Source: Felis catus
Lineage: Eukaryota
NCBI RefSeq assembly: GCF_018350175.1
Contig: NC_058369.1
Span: forward strand, 10,788,001 to 10,852,000
Length of the DNA: 64,000 nucleotides
Reading direction: 5' to 3'
The position numbers and the translations under genes are program-made. Position 1 is the stretch's first letter; the number at the start of each line of letters is the position of its first letter. Positions 1-12,005 of this stretch are shown in pieces. Under the pieces are notes generated by a model. That model was not told the origin of the DNA, did no database searches, and saw only the letters and a program-made list of their open reading frames with translations.

Positions 1-203
1 ACTGGACACAAAATGATCACCTTAAAATCAAGACCCAGGTCTACATGCTCACGGGAGACTTATCTACTAGAATTTGGATGTTTTTGCAACTTATAGGAAA
101 GACAATCTGATATTGCACAGCTTGCCTTGTATCATTGTTTGCCTAATTATTGCGACTGGAGGTGAGAATAGTCTGGTTGTGACATGGTCCAAGGAGGCAA
201 TAG

Positions 204-207
<4 letters not shown>

Positions 208-241
<34 letters not shown>
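208..241. repeat. (TG)n microsatellite
   Basis: Direct reading. Confidence 0.95.
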
Positions 242-242
<1 letters not shown>

Positions 243-639
243 TGAGCAGTTCTCAAGACAGAGGTCCTGGAACCCATACTTCCAGTACGCGACCCTTAAA
301 ATACAGGTGCCAGGTTAGTACCTACAATGAATATAAGAAGGGTGCCTGTTTCTATTCAAAGATTCCTTGGAAACGAAATTAATAAAGTGCAGGAACACCA
401 TGTGAAGGAGGGGTTCCTTGTGCCGGGAAGTTTCATCGGTGTCCGGGAGGCCACCTCATTCCTCCACATTCCCTGCCACCACCTCTCATCAGTGTTCCTC
501 TCGCTCCTTCCCCTGGACACACTGGCTTTCTTTTGAGCCTGGGTCTTTAACACAATATGCAAACAACAAAAGGCAGGATGGTGAAGGGGAGTGGGAGACA
601 CTGGCTTCCGGTTGAGGAATTCCTTCCATGTTCAGGAAG

Positions 640-830
640 GGGAGACTCAGAGGAGGTAAAGGCCCAGCGGAGGGAATACTGGCAGTGATGCTGTCACAGG
701 CTGTGTGGTGACAGATGGCAGCTCCATGCCTGTTGAGCAGGGCGTGATGTTGACACTTGTTGAATCACTGTGTGGCGCCCCCAAACTAACGTGACCTGGT
801 GTGTCGACCACCTGCATGCTTTAAAAACTT
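640..830 (+). mobile_element. Old L1 3' end fragment (carnivore/L1MA-type)
   Basis: GGTGACAGATGG...GTTGAATCACTGTGT...AAACTAACGTGACC resembles the L1 3'UTR terminus. Confidence 0.6.
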
Positions 831-1444
831 AATTTAGAAAAACCCACGTCTTTCCTCAGAGCCGTCGCACTCATAGTTCCCTCCGATGGGCACGCTCTTC
901 CCCAGAGGACCTTGTGTCTCCTGTCTCCTCGAGGGCTCTGTTTACATGTGTGCCGGTGTGCCCGAACAACCAGGAAGAGCCATCCCTCCATCCACGCTTC
1001 CCTTTACACAGGCTTTGTTTTTCTTCACGGCACCTGTCACCCCTGATATTTTATCTGGTCTTTATTTGCTTATCCCCTTTCTCCATCACTGAACCCTCCA
1101 GGCTTTTGTTTCTAGACACTTATACACTTTGCGTGAAGGTGCACTGACTAGTGCTCCAGGTTATTCCTCAAACGCGTGACAGATTTCAGAATTTCTCATT
1201 AAAAATATATAATATATGAGTAGATGGGGAAAAAGCTAACTGGGGGATGTGAAGTCTTAGTTAGAGCTGGCAGGTGGAGGGGAGGAGATTTTTCCCTGAG
1301 AGGGGAAAAATTCTGTAAAAAACCTATGAAAATTGATCCTTTGAATACAATATAAATTGTGGAATTTCAACAATACTTGCAATGTTCATTATTGAGGAAA
1401 TTAGTCATGCTATTTTTTAGTTCCCTGGTAGTCACCTCCAGCAC

Positions 1445-2377
1445 ATGGAACCAGGAAATGATACACAAATTTCAGAATTTTTTCTTCTGGGACTTTCAGA
1501 GGAACCAGCATTACAGCCCCTCATATTTGGACTTTTCCTCTCCATGTACCTAATTGCTGTGTTTGGGAACCTGCTCATCATCCTGGCCATCAGCTCTGAC
1601 TCCCACCTCCACACACCCATGTACTTCTTCCTGGCCAACCTGTCCTTTGTAGACATCTGTTTCACCTCCACCACCGTCCCAAAGATGCTGTGGAACATCC
1701 AGACTCAGAGCAAAGTGATTACCTACGCAGGCTGCATCGCGCAGATGTATTTTTTCATACACTTTGCAGGATTAGAAGTCTTTCTCTTGACCGTGATGGC
1801 CTATGACCGCTTCGTGGCCATCTGTCACCCCCTACACTACACGGTCATCATGAACCCCCGGCTCTGTGGGCTGCTTGTTCTGGTGTCCTGGGTCATGTGT
1901 GTCCTGAATTCCTTGTTACAAAGTTTAATGATGTTGTGGCTGTCCTTCTGTACACACTTGCATGTCCCCCACTTTTTTTGTGAACTCAATGAGATGCTCC
2001 AGCTTGCCTGTTCTGACACCTTTCTTAATGACATGGTGATATATCTTACAGCTGTGCTGCTGGGTGGTGCTCCCCTGGCTGGGATCCTTTACTCTTACAC
2101 TAAGATAGTTTCCTCCATACGTAGGATCTCATCAGCTCAGGGCAAGTATAAAGCATTTTCCACCTGTGCGTCTCATCTCTCGGTTGTCTCCTTATTTTTT
2201 TGTACGAGCCTAGGAGTGTACTTCAGCTCTGCTGCTACCCAGAGCTCCCTCTCAAGTGTCACAGCCTCGGTGATGTACACGGTGGTCACGCCCATGCTGA
2301 ACCCCTTCATCTACAGCCTGAGGAACAGAGACATAAAGAGGGCTCTGAAGAGAATCATTGGGGTTCCGGCAATGTAA
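1445..2377 (+). CDS. Olfactory receptor, family 7 (OR7A-like), intact, 310 aa (OR-1)
   Basis: Single-exon ORF with OR motifs [56 protein letters not shown] and N-glycosylation site N5 (NDT). The N-terminus [12 protein letters not shown] resembles OR7A proteins; exact orthologue not assignable by eye. Confidence 0.95.
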   Translation: MEPGNDTQISEFFLLGLSEEPALQPLIFGLFLSMYLIAVFGNLLIILAISSDSHLHTPMYFFLANLSFVDICFTSTTVPKMLWNIQTQSKVITYAGCIAQMYFFIHFAGLEVFLLTVMAYDRFVAICHPLHYTVIMNPRLCGLLVLVSWVMCVLNSLLQSLMMLWLSFCTHLHVPHFFCELNEMLQLACSDTFLNDMVIYLTAVLLGGAPLAGILYSYTKIVSSIRRISSAQGKYKAFSTCASHLSVVSLFFCTSLGVYFSSAATQSSLSSVTASVMYTVVTPMLNPFIYSLRNRDIKRALKRIIGVPAM

Positions 2378-3299
2378 GGGCCAATAGTCCTGGGGCTGGA
2401 GACATACCCATGACTGCAAGGCTCAGAGCCTCAGAGCTATTCCTTGATCAGACTGTGGAAGTAGAATCTGTTCCTTCTATTTATTTCCTGGAATTTCCAT
2501 TTGTTTGAATCCAACTTCTCCATATATTTAAAAAACTCCCTTTATGAAGCTTCTGCTCTGTCTGATACACTATTTCACTTTTGTTCATTTTCATGTGTTC
2601 CCAATGTTTTCCCCAACCTTAGATCACAAATGCCTGGAAATTTCTGTATCTTACGATGGGCAAGTTGGTCTCCTTGAAAATAAATCAAATGATTTATACC
2701 ATGCCATATAAATTTTCCCTAATTTTCCCCAAAGAATAATCCCAAGGTGGGTTCTTCATGTGGAAAAATACTGCACTTGGCCCCTAGGCCCTCGACACAA
2801 TTTTATTGTAGATGGAAATACAAAACCTCTGCTTTCACCTGGAGTCTGTCAATCCCTTTTAAGTCCCTTCCTTAAGAACTCTTTGATGATGTGGACCATA
2901 GCAGGGGTCCATTGAAGCCTCAGGCTATTGACACCAATGCTTAGGTAGGAAACCCCAGGCATTTGCATATGGCCTTGTGCTTGTGGACATTCCCCCAAGT
3001 GTTTCCCTGACCAGAGCCTATGCTGTGACTGCCCTGGCCTTTGGGTTCTTATTTTGGTCACAAGACACACCTCAGCACCACCCACCGGAGGACTCTAAAA
3101 ACACAAGGTTCATTGCTCACAAACGTTGAGGGCACATGGGGTTCCCAAAGGCCATTCAAGGAGGTCTCAGAGAGGGAGAGACTTTAACAGGGAAGGAAAG
3201 AGAGCACTATGAAGGATCTGGCTTTTGGGGGGCCCATGGGGGGAGTGACTATGTTTTTCTGGGCTCATTTTTTATGGATGAATTTAAAACACGAGTGGA

Positions 3300-3560
3300 G
3301 TTAGAGGATTGGCCAAATGGGCCAAGGAGAGGGGGAATGGAGTGATGGAAAGATCAATAATGAGAATGGAAGACACAATGTGTGGAATATAGTCATCGAT
3401 GATGTACTAGCGGTAATGGGACAGGTGTCAGTACACCTGTGTGAGCCCGCATAAAGTACAGAGAAGTTGAATCACTGTATTGCAGACCTGAAACTAAGGT
3501 AACATCGTGTGTCAACTACGCTCATGTAAACAGTTAAGAAAAAGAATAATAAAATATTAT
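3300..3560 (+). mobile_element. Old L1 3' end fragment (inverted copy at ~61620-61880)
   Basis: GGAATATAGTCATCGAT...GTTGAATCACTGTATTGCAGACCTGAAACTAA...GTCAACTAC followed by an A-rich tail. Confidence 0.7.
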
Positions 3561-5239
3561 CCCCCAGTACTCAAAAATAACAACAGCAAAAACCAGACAA
3601 AAAGCCCAGTAACGGAATGTGGGCACCGAACGGGAAGAGTGGGGTCACTCACAGTTGTTACCTAGATTACCAGGGCTTTCTAATGGGGGGATTTGTGGGA
3701 GGGGGGGCCTGCATGTTTGTATAGTAACTGAATCATATGCCTGGCAATGTGTTAATATGAATGGTGATCTTTGAAATGGGTGCCTCAGAAGTGAAAAGCC
3801 TAATGTCAGGCAATTATTGTACAAACACGCTTCTGTGTCTCATAACTGGACTCTGTTGTTATTGTTGTTGTTGTTGTTTTCTGTTATTCAGCCCGGCATC
3901 CAGGGGCCTATCATAGCCACTGGCAAAAACTGATGAGCAAATGAAATGTGTACCTCCCCTGGAGTCAACATGGAAAGACAAATTGGAATAAACAGATTGA
4001 TCTAATATGTTCTTGGTGTCAGAGGAGACCATAAACCCGAGGAAGCAAAACACCCATTGTGTTCCCATGCAAAATATTTCTTTTTCATGCGCTGCCTCTA
4101 TTTATTGAAGCATGGAGGCTTTTGTCCGCAGCTGAGGTGGTTTGTTCACTGAGGTAAGGGGTTGCTTAGTGTCTTCTGTTTTATCTCCAAATTCGCTTCC
4201 CGTTTCTTCTGAAAGCTTTGCAACGCTACCTACTATCATGAGTCTTCCTACCGCCGCATGAAATAGGTTCCTTTTCCCAGTATTTGTCACAAATGATGGC
4301 AAATGAACAGTATCAGCCCCATCCATTTCGTGCCTCCGTCCCCCTCTGAAATCACTCCCACCTGCACGACCAGAGGATGCTTCACACGAGAGCTGGATGT
4401 CCTGCTGGCATGTGGCTCAGGGTCCCCAGTTGTTCTGCACAAACATGGATGTCCTTCAAACTCTCCCAGTTACCCAGAAGGGAGCCCACTTGTTCGTAAT
4501 GTCGTGGGAAATAAACTTGAATCACAGAATGATCATGAGTGCTCTCCTCAACGTCAGATCATTTGCCACAAATAAAAATCAGCACATCTTCTAATTGTCT
4601 AAGGTCCGTTCGCTTGGGTTATTGTGTCAGTCAGCTACTGCTGTATAACAGGCGGTCCTTGTCAAATAACATATCATAATACTTTTACAATCAAATGGAA
4701 TCATGTGCGGGGGAGTGTTTCTGATCTCTGCTGGGCTCCTCGTGGGTCTGGGGTCAGGTGTGAGTCTCTACATTGTGTTTCTCAGGCTCATGCGTGGTGT
4801 TGGGCTTGGCTGTAGTGCTCTTCTGTCTTCAACCAATTTATGGTCAGATACGGTTCCCGTATGGAGGTTAATCTTTTCTTTATGGAAACAAACTGCTTTA
4901 TCATGTGAATTACTTAAATGTAATTCCATCGTTCATACATCCATATTAACATTTGGCTTCCTTCCCCATTAGAAGTGCTATCTCCCAGCCCTCTTAAGTG
5001 AGAATCAGCTACCCGTTCTCTAGATCCTAACCTTAGCCATGACCCATTCGATTTTTTTCCACTGAATTAAATCATCGGAGTGTAATTACACACTATAACC
5101 TGAATATGTAAAGTGTGCGCTTTGGTGAATTAAAGGAGCCACACGCAAATGAACAGGAGATATTTCAAGTTTCTGTTTGTGTATATTTTAATGCTGTCAC
5201 ATAAGCTTTAACTGCTTTGTTGGAGAGTTTCTTTTCTAA

Positions 5240-5357
5240 GTTTATTTATTTATTTTGAGAGAGAGAGGAGAGAGAGAGAGAGATGGGTGAGGGGCAGAGA
5301 CAGGGAGAATCCCAAGCAGGCTCCACAGTGTCAGCCCTGATGCAGGGCTCAGTGCCG
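5240..5357 (-). mobile_element. CAN-SINE, 5'-truncated
   Basis: TTTATTTATTTTGAGAGAGAG...AGAATCCCAAGCAGGCTCC. Confidence 0.85.
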
Positions 5358-5384
5358 TGATGTTAGGTAACTTCTAAACACTCA

Positions 5385-6045
5385 AGCATCCTGAGACTTT
5401 GCTGAGTTCATGTATCAGGTCTAGCAGTTTTTTGGTGGAGTCTTTCGAGTTTTCCATGTAGAGTGTCATGTCATCTGCAAAAAGTGAAAGTTTGACTTCT
5501 TTGCCAATTTGGATGCCTTTATTTCATTTTGTTGTCTGATTGCGAGGCTAGGACTCCCAACACTATGTTAAACAACAGCGGTGAGAGTGGACCTCCCTGT
5601 CATGCTCCTGATCTTTGGGGGAAATCTCTCAATCTTTTCCCATGGAGGGTGATAGTAGCTGTGGGCCTTTTTTTGTATGGCTTTTATGGTGTTAAGGTAT
5701 GTTCCTTCTATCCCGACTTTCTCAAGCATTTTTATCAAGAAAGATTCTGTGTTCTGTTGAATGCTTTTTCTGCATCCACTGACAGGATCATATGGTTCTT
5801 GTCCTTTCTTCTATTAATGTGATGTATCACATTGATTTGCAAACATTGAACCAGACTTGCAGCTCAGGAATGAATCCCATGTGATCATGGTGAATAATTC
5901 TTTGGATACACTGTTGAATTCAATTTGCTAGTATCTTGTTAAGAATTTTGCAGGATACAAAATCAATGTACAGAAATCGGTTGCATTTCTATACAGCAAT
6001 AATGAAGCAACAGAAAGAGAAATCAAGGAATTGATCCCATATACA
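5385..6045. mobile_element. L1 ORF2 fragment with 5' inversion (5385-5950 antisense, 5951-6045 sense)
   Basis: RT-region sequence (LFADDM, visible in the ORF-track translation of the mirror copy at 59607..59810). The sense piece starts GCAGGATACAAAATCAATGTACAG, where the antisense piece ends. Confidence 0.9.
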
Positions 6046-6720
6046 TAGACCTGGAGGAAACTGTAACTCACAGTGGTGCTGTGAGCTTACTCATCAGGAA
6101 GGGGTCACATTCATGGAAAAGGAAGAACAAAAAACCTAACTGGAGTTACTGCTTCCAAACTGGTCTCTTGGGATCAGAGATTCATTAGAGAAATGTCCTT
6201 TGTGTGCCAAAGGGTTGTCCACTTGGGAGCCATGCTGGAGTAAGAAGAGAGACATGTACCTAACGAGCAGATACAGGGTGCCGAAAATACCTCCTAGTCT
6301 CCTGTCTGTCAGTGTGTGCAACCTTAGACAGGAAGGGTATGGTTTTCATCTGGTGTTCTGAGTACTCATATTGGCTGGGGGCTGATGCTTCTCTGACCTT
6401 CCTGCTTTCTCCATTGAGGAGAAAATGATCTATAATCTAGCATCCAGGGAGGAATTCAGCATCCAGGGAGGGATTCAGACTTCCACAAGGAGACCTTCCT
6501 GTCAGACAACTCAGCCTCATCATCCGTGGATGAGAGGGTCAGAGAGAGTGGAAGTCGAGAACATTAATCTGTCATCTCCTGAGGGCGAATCCAATTTAGC
6601 CCAGAGTATATCACTGTGTCTGTGTGTTTGCTCGTTTAATTAAGTTATAATGTATTTATTCAGTGCTAATGTCAGTTTCACCGAATGACTGCCGTTCACA
6701 CTTTTGAAGATCTTTCTTAT
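6045..6720 (+). promoter_or_regulatory. Relic module Y, splice donor deleted
   Basis: Paralog of 38980-39640. About 20 bp including GTGAG are missing near 6515. Confidence 0.35.
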
Positions 6721-6799
6721 TCTGTATCATTCAATTGCTATTATGGCCGTGCTAGAAAAAATATGTTGAGATTGTTAAATTCACTGTGTGTTTCTAATC

Positions 6800-6975
6800 G
6801 AGTATAATTTTGTCCCCAGGGGACATTGATCAATGTCTGGAGACACTTTGTCTGTCACGCTGGAGAGGGGTGCACAGAGGTCAGGGATGCTCTGAACATT
6901 TTACAAGGCACAGGACACTCCCCACCACAGGGCAGGCTCTGGGCAGGATGGGTGCAGAGACTGGGAAACTCCTGG
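6800..6975 (+). mobile_element. MER20-like hAT DNA transposon fossil
   Basis: TTTTGTCCCCAGGGGACATTGATCAATGTCTGGAGACA...CAGGGATGCT...CACAGGACA...GAAACTCCTG. Confidence 0.75.
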
Positions 6976-8297
6976 TGACAGAATGTCAGTATCTGTAATA
7001 CAGCCGCTTTCAGCTTCTGCGTTCAACCTTGTTACACTTACTCTTATGCCAACAAATTCAGAATAACCCTTTGGCTCCTATTTGAAAGTTTCAACCACAA
7101 ACAATGTAACAGTCCTGTAAGTTTTTTTCCAGGCTGCTGGGTGAAAGAGGCAATTCTTGTTATTTTCCTAAACCATCCCTCAGTTTCAGCCAAGGTCATA
7201 TGTTTGATGACCATCCTGATTGGTTTTATTATTATATGCCCATAGGTTATTCTCTCTCTCTCTCTCTTTTATTTTTAAAACATTACCAACATTTCAAATG
7301 ATTTCCTGAGATCATTGTTTCTCAATTGATTTTTGCAACATATTTTGATCATAAAAATTTTAAATTTTATTTAAATAAATCTATCTTCTTACTTCTGAGA
7401 TTATGGCTTTATTTAGTGGGTTTGCTCACCTGTGAATGTTATATGTAGTTTCCTTGATGTTCTGCTATATTGTATGGTTACGCTTACACTGGGGTCATAA
7501 TCCCTCTGAATTTTTGTGAAGTGTCTGAGGAGGGGACCGGTTGCATATTCTTCCAGATAGATATCCATTGATGCCAGTATTAGTTTAGCTATCTCTTCAT
7601 TCTAGATGTTATTTAGCAATTCAACCTTTTCCAATGAAATGAAATACAACCTTGCCATATGGTCAATGTCCTTATACTTTGAGACCTAATTTCTGAGTCA
7701 TCCCACAAATACAAACTGAGCATTGTAGGAACATTATACATTACATTTTTTCGCGTGTAGGCCATTGACAATTTAGTTATGAATCCATGTTGATATCATT
7801 AACAATTTCTTTTTTATAGCCAATTTCAGTTAGTTTTTAGTTTTCACATAATTTTGCTGTGGACAGCTGTTTAGAAACTAGTCATTTTCACCTGGTTTCA
7901 TTATCCCTTATTTTTTAAATTCTATAATTTTTCATATCCTTGGTTTTTTCATACTAACCATATATTCACATACATTTGTGACAAAAACAAAAGTGAACAA
8001 AGAAGGTGAAATCCCTTCACTAATGTATGTTTCTGTGTAGCACCAAGGACAGAGAACAATAATATAAATATACGGATGGCATCATGCAGTCAAGCATAAT
8101 CATATGAAACAAGTTTTTTGGTACACAACTGGACTGTCGTGATGTTGGGAGAATTTACAGAGCATGGTCTGGGGAAGCCTCTGTCCACTGGCTGACATAC
8201 AGAATGAGGATTCGAGGTGCCCCTTGGGTTTGTGAAAAAGAGACCAATACGCAGAGTCCAAGAGTATCGAGAGGACATCACATAGGGAAGGGAGACG

Positions 8298-8518
8298 AGT
8301 GCCTGGGTGGCTCAGTGGGTTAAGAGACCTCTTCTTGCTTTCGGCTCAGCTCAGATCTCACCGTTCGTGAGATCCAGCCCCTTGTTGGGCTCTGTGCTGA
8401 CAGCATGGAGCCTGCTTGGGACTCTCTCTGTCCCTCCCCTGCTTTGTGCTCTCTCTCTCTCACACCCTCCCTCCCCTGCTTGTGCTCTCTCTCTGTCAAA
8501 GAAATAAACATTAAAAAG
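8298..8518 (+). mobile_element. CAN-SINE
   Basis: GCCTGGGTGGCTCAGTGGGTTAAG...(CT)n...AAATAAACATTAAAA. Confidence 0.92.
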
Positions 8519-9254
8519 AGAAAGGGATAACAGGGCTGCCCTCACCTGCTGTCAGCCCCCATGAAGACGAATTGCCCAAGTAATGATGCCAGAGGCACAT
8601 GAAAGCGAAGTCTTCCATGGTTGACCTTGTAACTGTGCACCTTGTAGCCAATCACATGCGCTTCCTTTTGTGAAGTGTTGGCTTATCCCCTTGCTCATTT
8701 TTTCCCTTGGCCCCACCATATGTAAGGTGTTTGACGTTAGGAAGATATCGGCACTTTCGTCTTTGGGGAAGGTAAATGTGTTCTCACATAGTTTTTGCTG
8801 GACCTCAGGGGAAGTGGTCGGGTGCAAAGCTGTCAGAAGCGAGGAGGTTACTGTTTGTCATAGTCCCTCGGGGACCCTCTGAGCTTCTTGGATCCTTGAA
8901 TTTCAATAAATAAATTTTAAAAAGTTGGGGTACTAACCTCTTCGGTTGTGTAATAGTTTAGCAGAAACAAGTAGGAATTTCATTATTAGATCACGAGTTA
9001 CAAACTGTCATTTTTCCCTCCTTATGAAGTGTATATTAATTATAAGAGATACATTTCGATTTTCTGCAGCATAGACTAGCTTAGCACACTAAAGGGATTC
9101 TATGGTTTAATTTTGACAAAAGTACAATCTATGATGTAGTACTTTCATGAGCTGTTTCTCTATTGTAGAAATGGGCTCAGAGGAATTCAATGTGCTGTTC
9201 AAAGGCACAAACCAATTAGCAAGTAGTCTTAATTGGAATGATGTCAGGATGTTT

Positions 9255-9600
9255 CCGGTTCTGAAACTCTGGGAAGTGGTTCCCAACCAGAGTTGCTCTT
9301 GGGATTTTTGTCCATGTCTGAAGAGGTGCTTCTGAATACCTTCAGCCGCAGGACAACACCCGACAGAAAAAGTTATCCAGCTCCAAGGGTCAATGGCGAG
9401 AAGGTGAAGAAACCTGTTCCACACTAAGGTTTCTCCACTGTGCACACAATTCACCAGGGACTGTAGTTGAAATGCAAATTCTGATTCCTCAGGTCTCCAG
9501 GGGCCCCGAGAACCCTGCTTCTCTAACAAGCCCCCTGGTGGGTTTGATGCTGCGGGTCCTGGATGTGGAGAACAGACTGAGAGCAAAGCTGTGGTCCATC
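9255..9600. mobile_element. Degenerate MER20/MER5-like DNA transposon fossils (paralogs ~27050-27400, 37400-37720, 49080-49420, 55590-55930)
   Basis: AAATGCAAATTCTGATTC...TCTCTAACAAGCCCCCTGGTG...GATGCTGC is MER5A-like. The same block recurs five times. Confidence 0.55.
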
Positions 9601-9624
9601 GTTAGGAGAAATTTAAGTTAGAAT

Positions 9625-9860
9625 TAAAGTTGTGAAGATGGCAATACTAACCCGAAGATCTACAGATTCAATGATAATTTGAAAATAACAAAAATGGGGT
9701 ATTCTTGGAAAACATTTTTAAAACCATCCTAAAATTAAATAAAAAATCTTCCAAGCATGAGCACAGGAGGTCATCCCATTTATTTATGTATTTAATTTCT
9801 TTCAGGACCATTTTATTGGTTTTATTTATGAGTCTTTTGACGGCAATAAGTAACCAATCA
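9625..9860. mobile_element. Old L1 ORF2 fragment with internal inversion (copy at ~55320-55560)
   Basis: AAGATGGCAATACT...GATCTACAGATTCAATG in sense, then TTCCAAGCATGAGCA...CCATTTATTTA in antisense. Confidence 0.65.
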
Positions 9861-10276
9861 TTCACCCCAGCGAATAAATCCCCTTAAACACTGCCACTGC
9901 TATTCCATACTTGATTGAGAGATGTACAGCTTGAGAAAAAATGTAGAGCATAGTAATACAAAGGAGAATTTAAAATTTGCTTTATCATAGTCAAGGTCAT
10001 CTTTGACTCCAAGGCCGTATTAAGTCATTCTACATTTTTGAATTTCTGTTTCCGTGTAGACTCCACTGGTAGACAAGTTTTTGATAATCAGATTTGCCAG
10101 TGACTAATGTAAGCACTGGGGACATAGAGCCTGAGTAGAGAATGGGATCCTAATTCGGAGAAAAAAGCTGATGGTCTCATAAAACACACTTATCTGTTCA
10201 TCAGGAAGAGCAGTTATTGTAGTGATATAGAAAAGAATGACAGACACAAAGTGAAAAACTGTGGTCCCAGAGTTAG

Positions 10277-10409
10277 GATAGAATAGAATGGAATAAATAG
10301 AATAGAATAGAATATAGAATAGAATCGAATAGAGAATAGGATAGTATAGAATAGAGAATAGTATAGAATAGAATAGAATAGAATAGAATAGAATAGAATA
10401 GAATAGAAA
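10277..10409. repeat. (GAATA)n pentanucleotide microsatellite
   Basis: Direct reading. The paralogous site at 54870-54905 is short. Confidence 0.95.
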
Positions 10410-10528
10410 TGGCCTATTTGCCAAATTGAATTTATTCCAACAGAGAGGTAACACATGAGTATTCTTTTAGTAAAACTAAAAACATTATTATGTGGAATGA
10501 TTTTGTCATTGGTGAAGAAATTATTCTT

Positions 10529-10747
10529 TTTTCTTCAAAAATTTTTTAATGTTTTTTTTTTTTTGAGGGAGAAGAGACAGAGACGAAACATAAGTGGGGG
10601 GGGGGAGACAAAGGGAGAGACACAAATCTGAAACAGGCTCCAGGCTCTGAGCTATCGGCACACAGCCCAATGTGGGGCTCGAACTTGGGAACCGGGAACC
10701 TGAGCCGAAGTCAGATGCTTAACCAACTGAGCCACCCAGGTGCCCCT
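10529..10747 (-). mobile_element. CAN-SINE with 17-bp TSD GTGAAGAAATTATTCTT
   Basis: TSD at 10512-10528 and 10748-10764. Absent at the paralogous site near 54755. Confidence 0.93.
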
Positions 10748-11015
10748 GTGAAGAAATTATTCTTAAGAAATCCAGGCAGTTCCATGAGACAAATGAGAAC
10801 TCCTAATTTTCTCATATCACAGCTTGCGAATCAATTTAGAAATAAACAAAAAAGATGAAGGGAAAAAGGTTGGAACACAGAGAGGGAAAAACTTAATAAA
10901 ATGAGGAACTAAATTGTACTGAGTGGTTGAAAAAATAAAAATTCTGGGAAATAAATGAGAGACACAAACTCTATGTCTACAATCTGCTTAAAAAAACAAA
11001 ACGCAATTTCTGACG

Positions 11016-12005
11016 CTAAGACTTTGATGCTTGCAATCCTGGGAAATTCTTCAACCACAGGACAATTGGACCTTTTCTAACTGCCATCGCAGAGAATCTC
11101 CTCAGAGCCTTCTTTATGTCTTTGTTCCTCAGGCTGTAGATGAAGGGGTTCAGCATGGGCGTGACCACCGTGTACATCACCGAGGCTGTGGCACTTGAGT
11201 GGGAGCTCTGGGTAGCAGCAGAGCTAAGGTACACTCCGAGGCCCGTACAATAAAATAAGGAGACAACCGAGAGGTGAGATGCACAGGTAGAAAATGCTTT
11301 ATACTTGCCCTGAGCTGAGGAGATCCCACGTATGGAGGAAACTATCTTGGAGTAAGAGTAAAGGATCCCAACGAAAGGACCGCCACCCACTAGGATAGCT
11401 GCAAAATACATCACCAAGTTATTAAGAAAGGTGTCAGAACAGGCAACTTGGGTCATCTGATTGAGTTCACAGGAAAAATGGGGGATTTCCACGACTGTAC
11501 AGAAGGACAGCCGCAACACCATTGAAGTTTGCAACAAGGAATGCAGGACACTCGTGATCCAGGACACCAGGACCAGCAGTGCACAGAGCCGGGGGCTCAT
11601 GATGACCGTGTATTGCAGGGGGTGACAGATGGCCACAAACCTGTCATAGGCCATAATGGCCAGGAGGCAGATGTCCAATCCTGAAAAGATTATGAAAAAG
11701 TTCATCTGGGTGATGCAGTCCTCATAGGTTATGACTTTGCTCTGGGTCTGGATGTTCCACAGCATCTTCGGGATGGTGGTGGAGGTGATGCAGATGTCTA
11801 CAAAGGACAGGTTGGCCAGGAAGAAGTACATGGGCGTGTGGAGGCCGGAGTCATAGCTGACGGCCAGGATGATGAGCAGGTTCCCAAACACAGTGATCAG
11901 GTACATGGAGAGGAAAAGCCCAAATATGAGGGGTTGCTGTTCTGAACTGTCTGAAAATCCCAGAAGCAGAAATTCTGATGTCCGTGTATCATTTCCTGGT
12001 TCCAT
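11016..12005 (-). CDS. Olfactory receptor, family 7 (OR7A-like), intact, 329 aa (OR-2)
   Basis: All OR motifs present. Start set at MEPGNDT (12005) by homology with paralogs. The tail is extended because the paralogous TGA at codon 323 is GGA here. Confidence 0.93.
   Translation of the reverse strand: MEPGNDTRTSEFLLLGFSDSSEQQPLIFGLFLSMYLITVFGNLLIILAVSYDSGLHTPMYFFLANLSFVDICITSTTIPKMLWNIQTQSKVITYEDCITQMNFFIIFSGLDICLLAIMAYDRFVAICHPLQYTVIMSPRLCALLVLVSWITSVLHSLLQTSMVLRLSFCTVVEIPHFSCELNQMTQVACSDTFLNNLVMYFAAILVGGGPFVGILYSYSKIVSSIRGISSAQGKYKAFSTCASHLSVVSLFYCTGLGVYLSSAATQSSHSSATASVMYTVVTPMLNPFIYSLRNKDIKKALRRFSAMAVRKGPIVLWLKNFPGLQASKS

Larger units (their letters stand above)
2697..10265 (+). repeat. 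Inverted segmental duplication, near-identical core, left arm
   Basis: Reverse complement of 54915-62480. Many ORF-track translations are identical or nearly so (6136..6321 = 58860..59045; 6810..6998 = 58185..58373). Confidence 0.95.

Noticed and set aside
1432-2508. Antisense and alternate-frame ORFs over OR genes (e.g. [14 protein letters not shown]..., repeated at 21852, 34358, 43734, 53455, 63488)
   Set aside because: Shadows of the conserved OR coding strand; their recurrence reflects OR paralogy.
4102-9887. Identical short ORFs present twice (e.g. 6136..6321 and 58860..59045) as conserved microproteins
   Set aside because: Identity is explained by the near-identical inverted duplication; non-coding DNA is equally conserved.
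10104-10456. FYSIL-repeat ORFs; array-like periodicity
   Set aside because: (GAATA)n microsatellite with no unique spacers, so neither a CRISPR array nor a protein.
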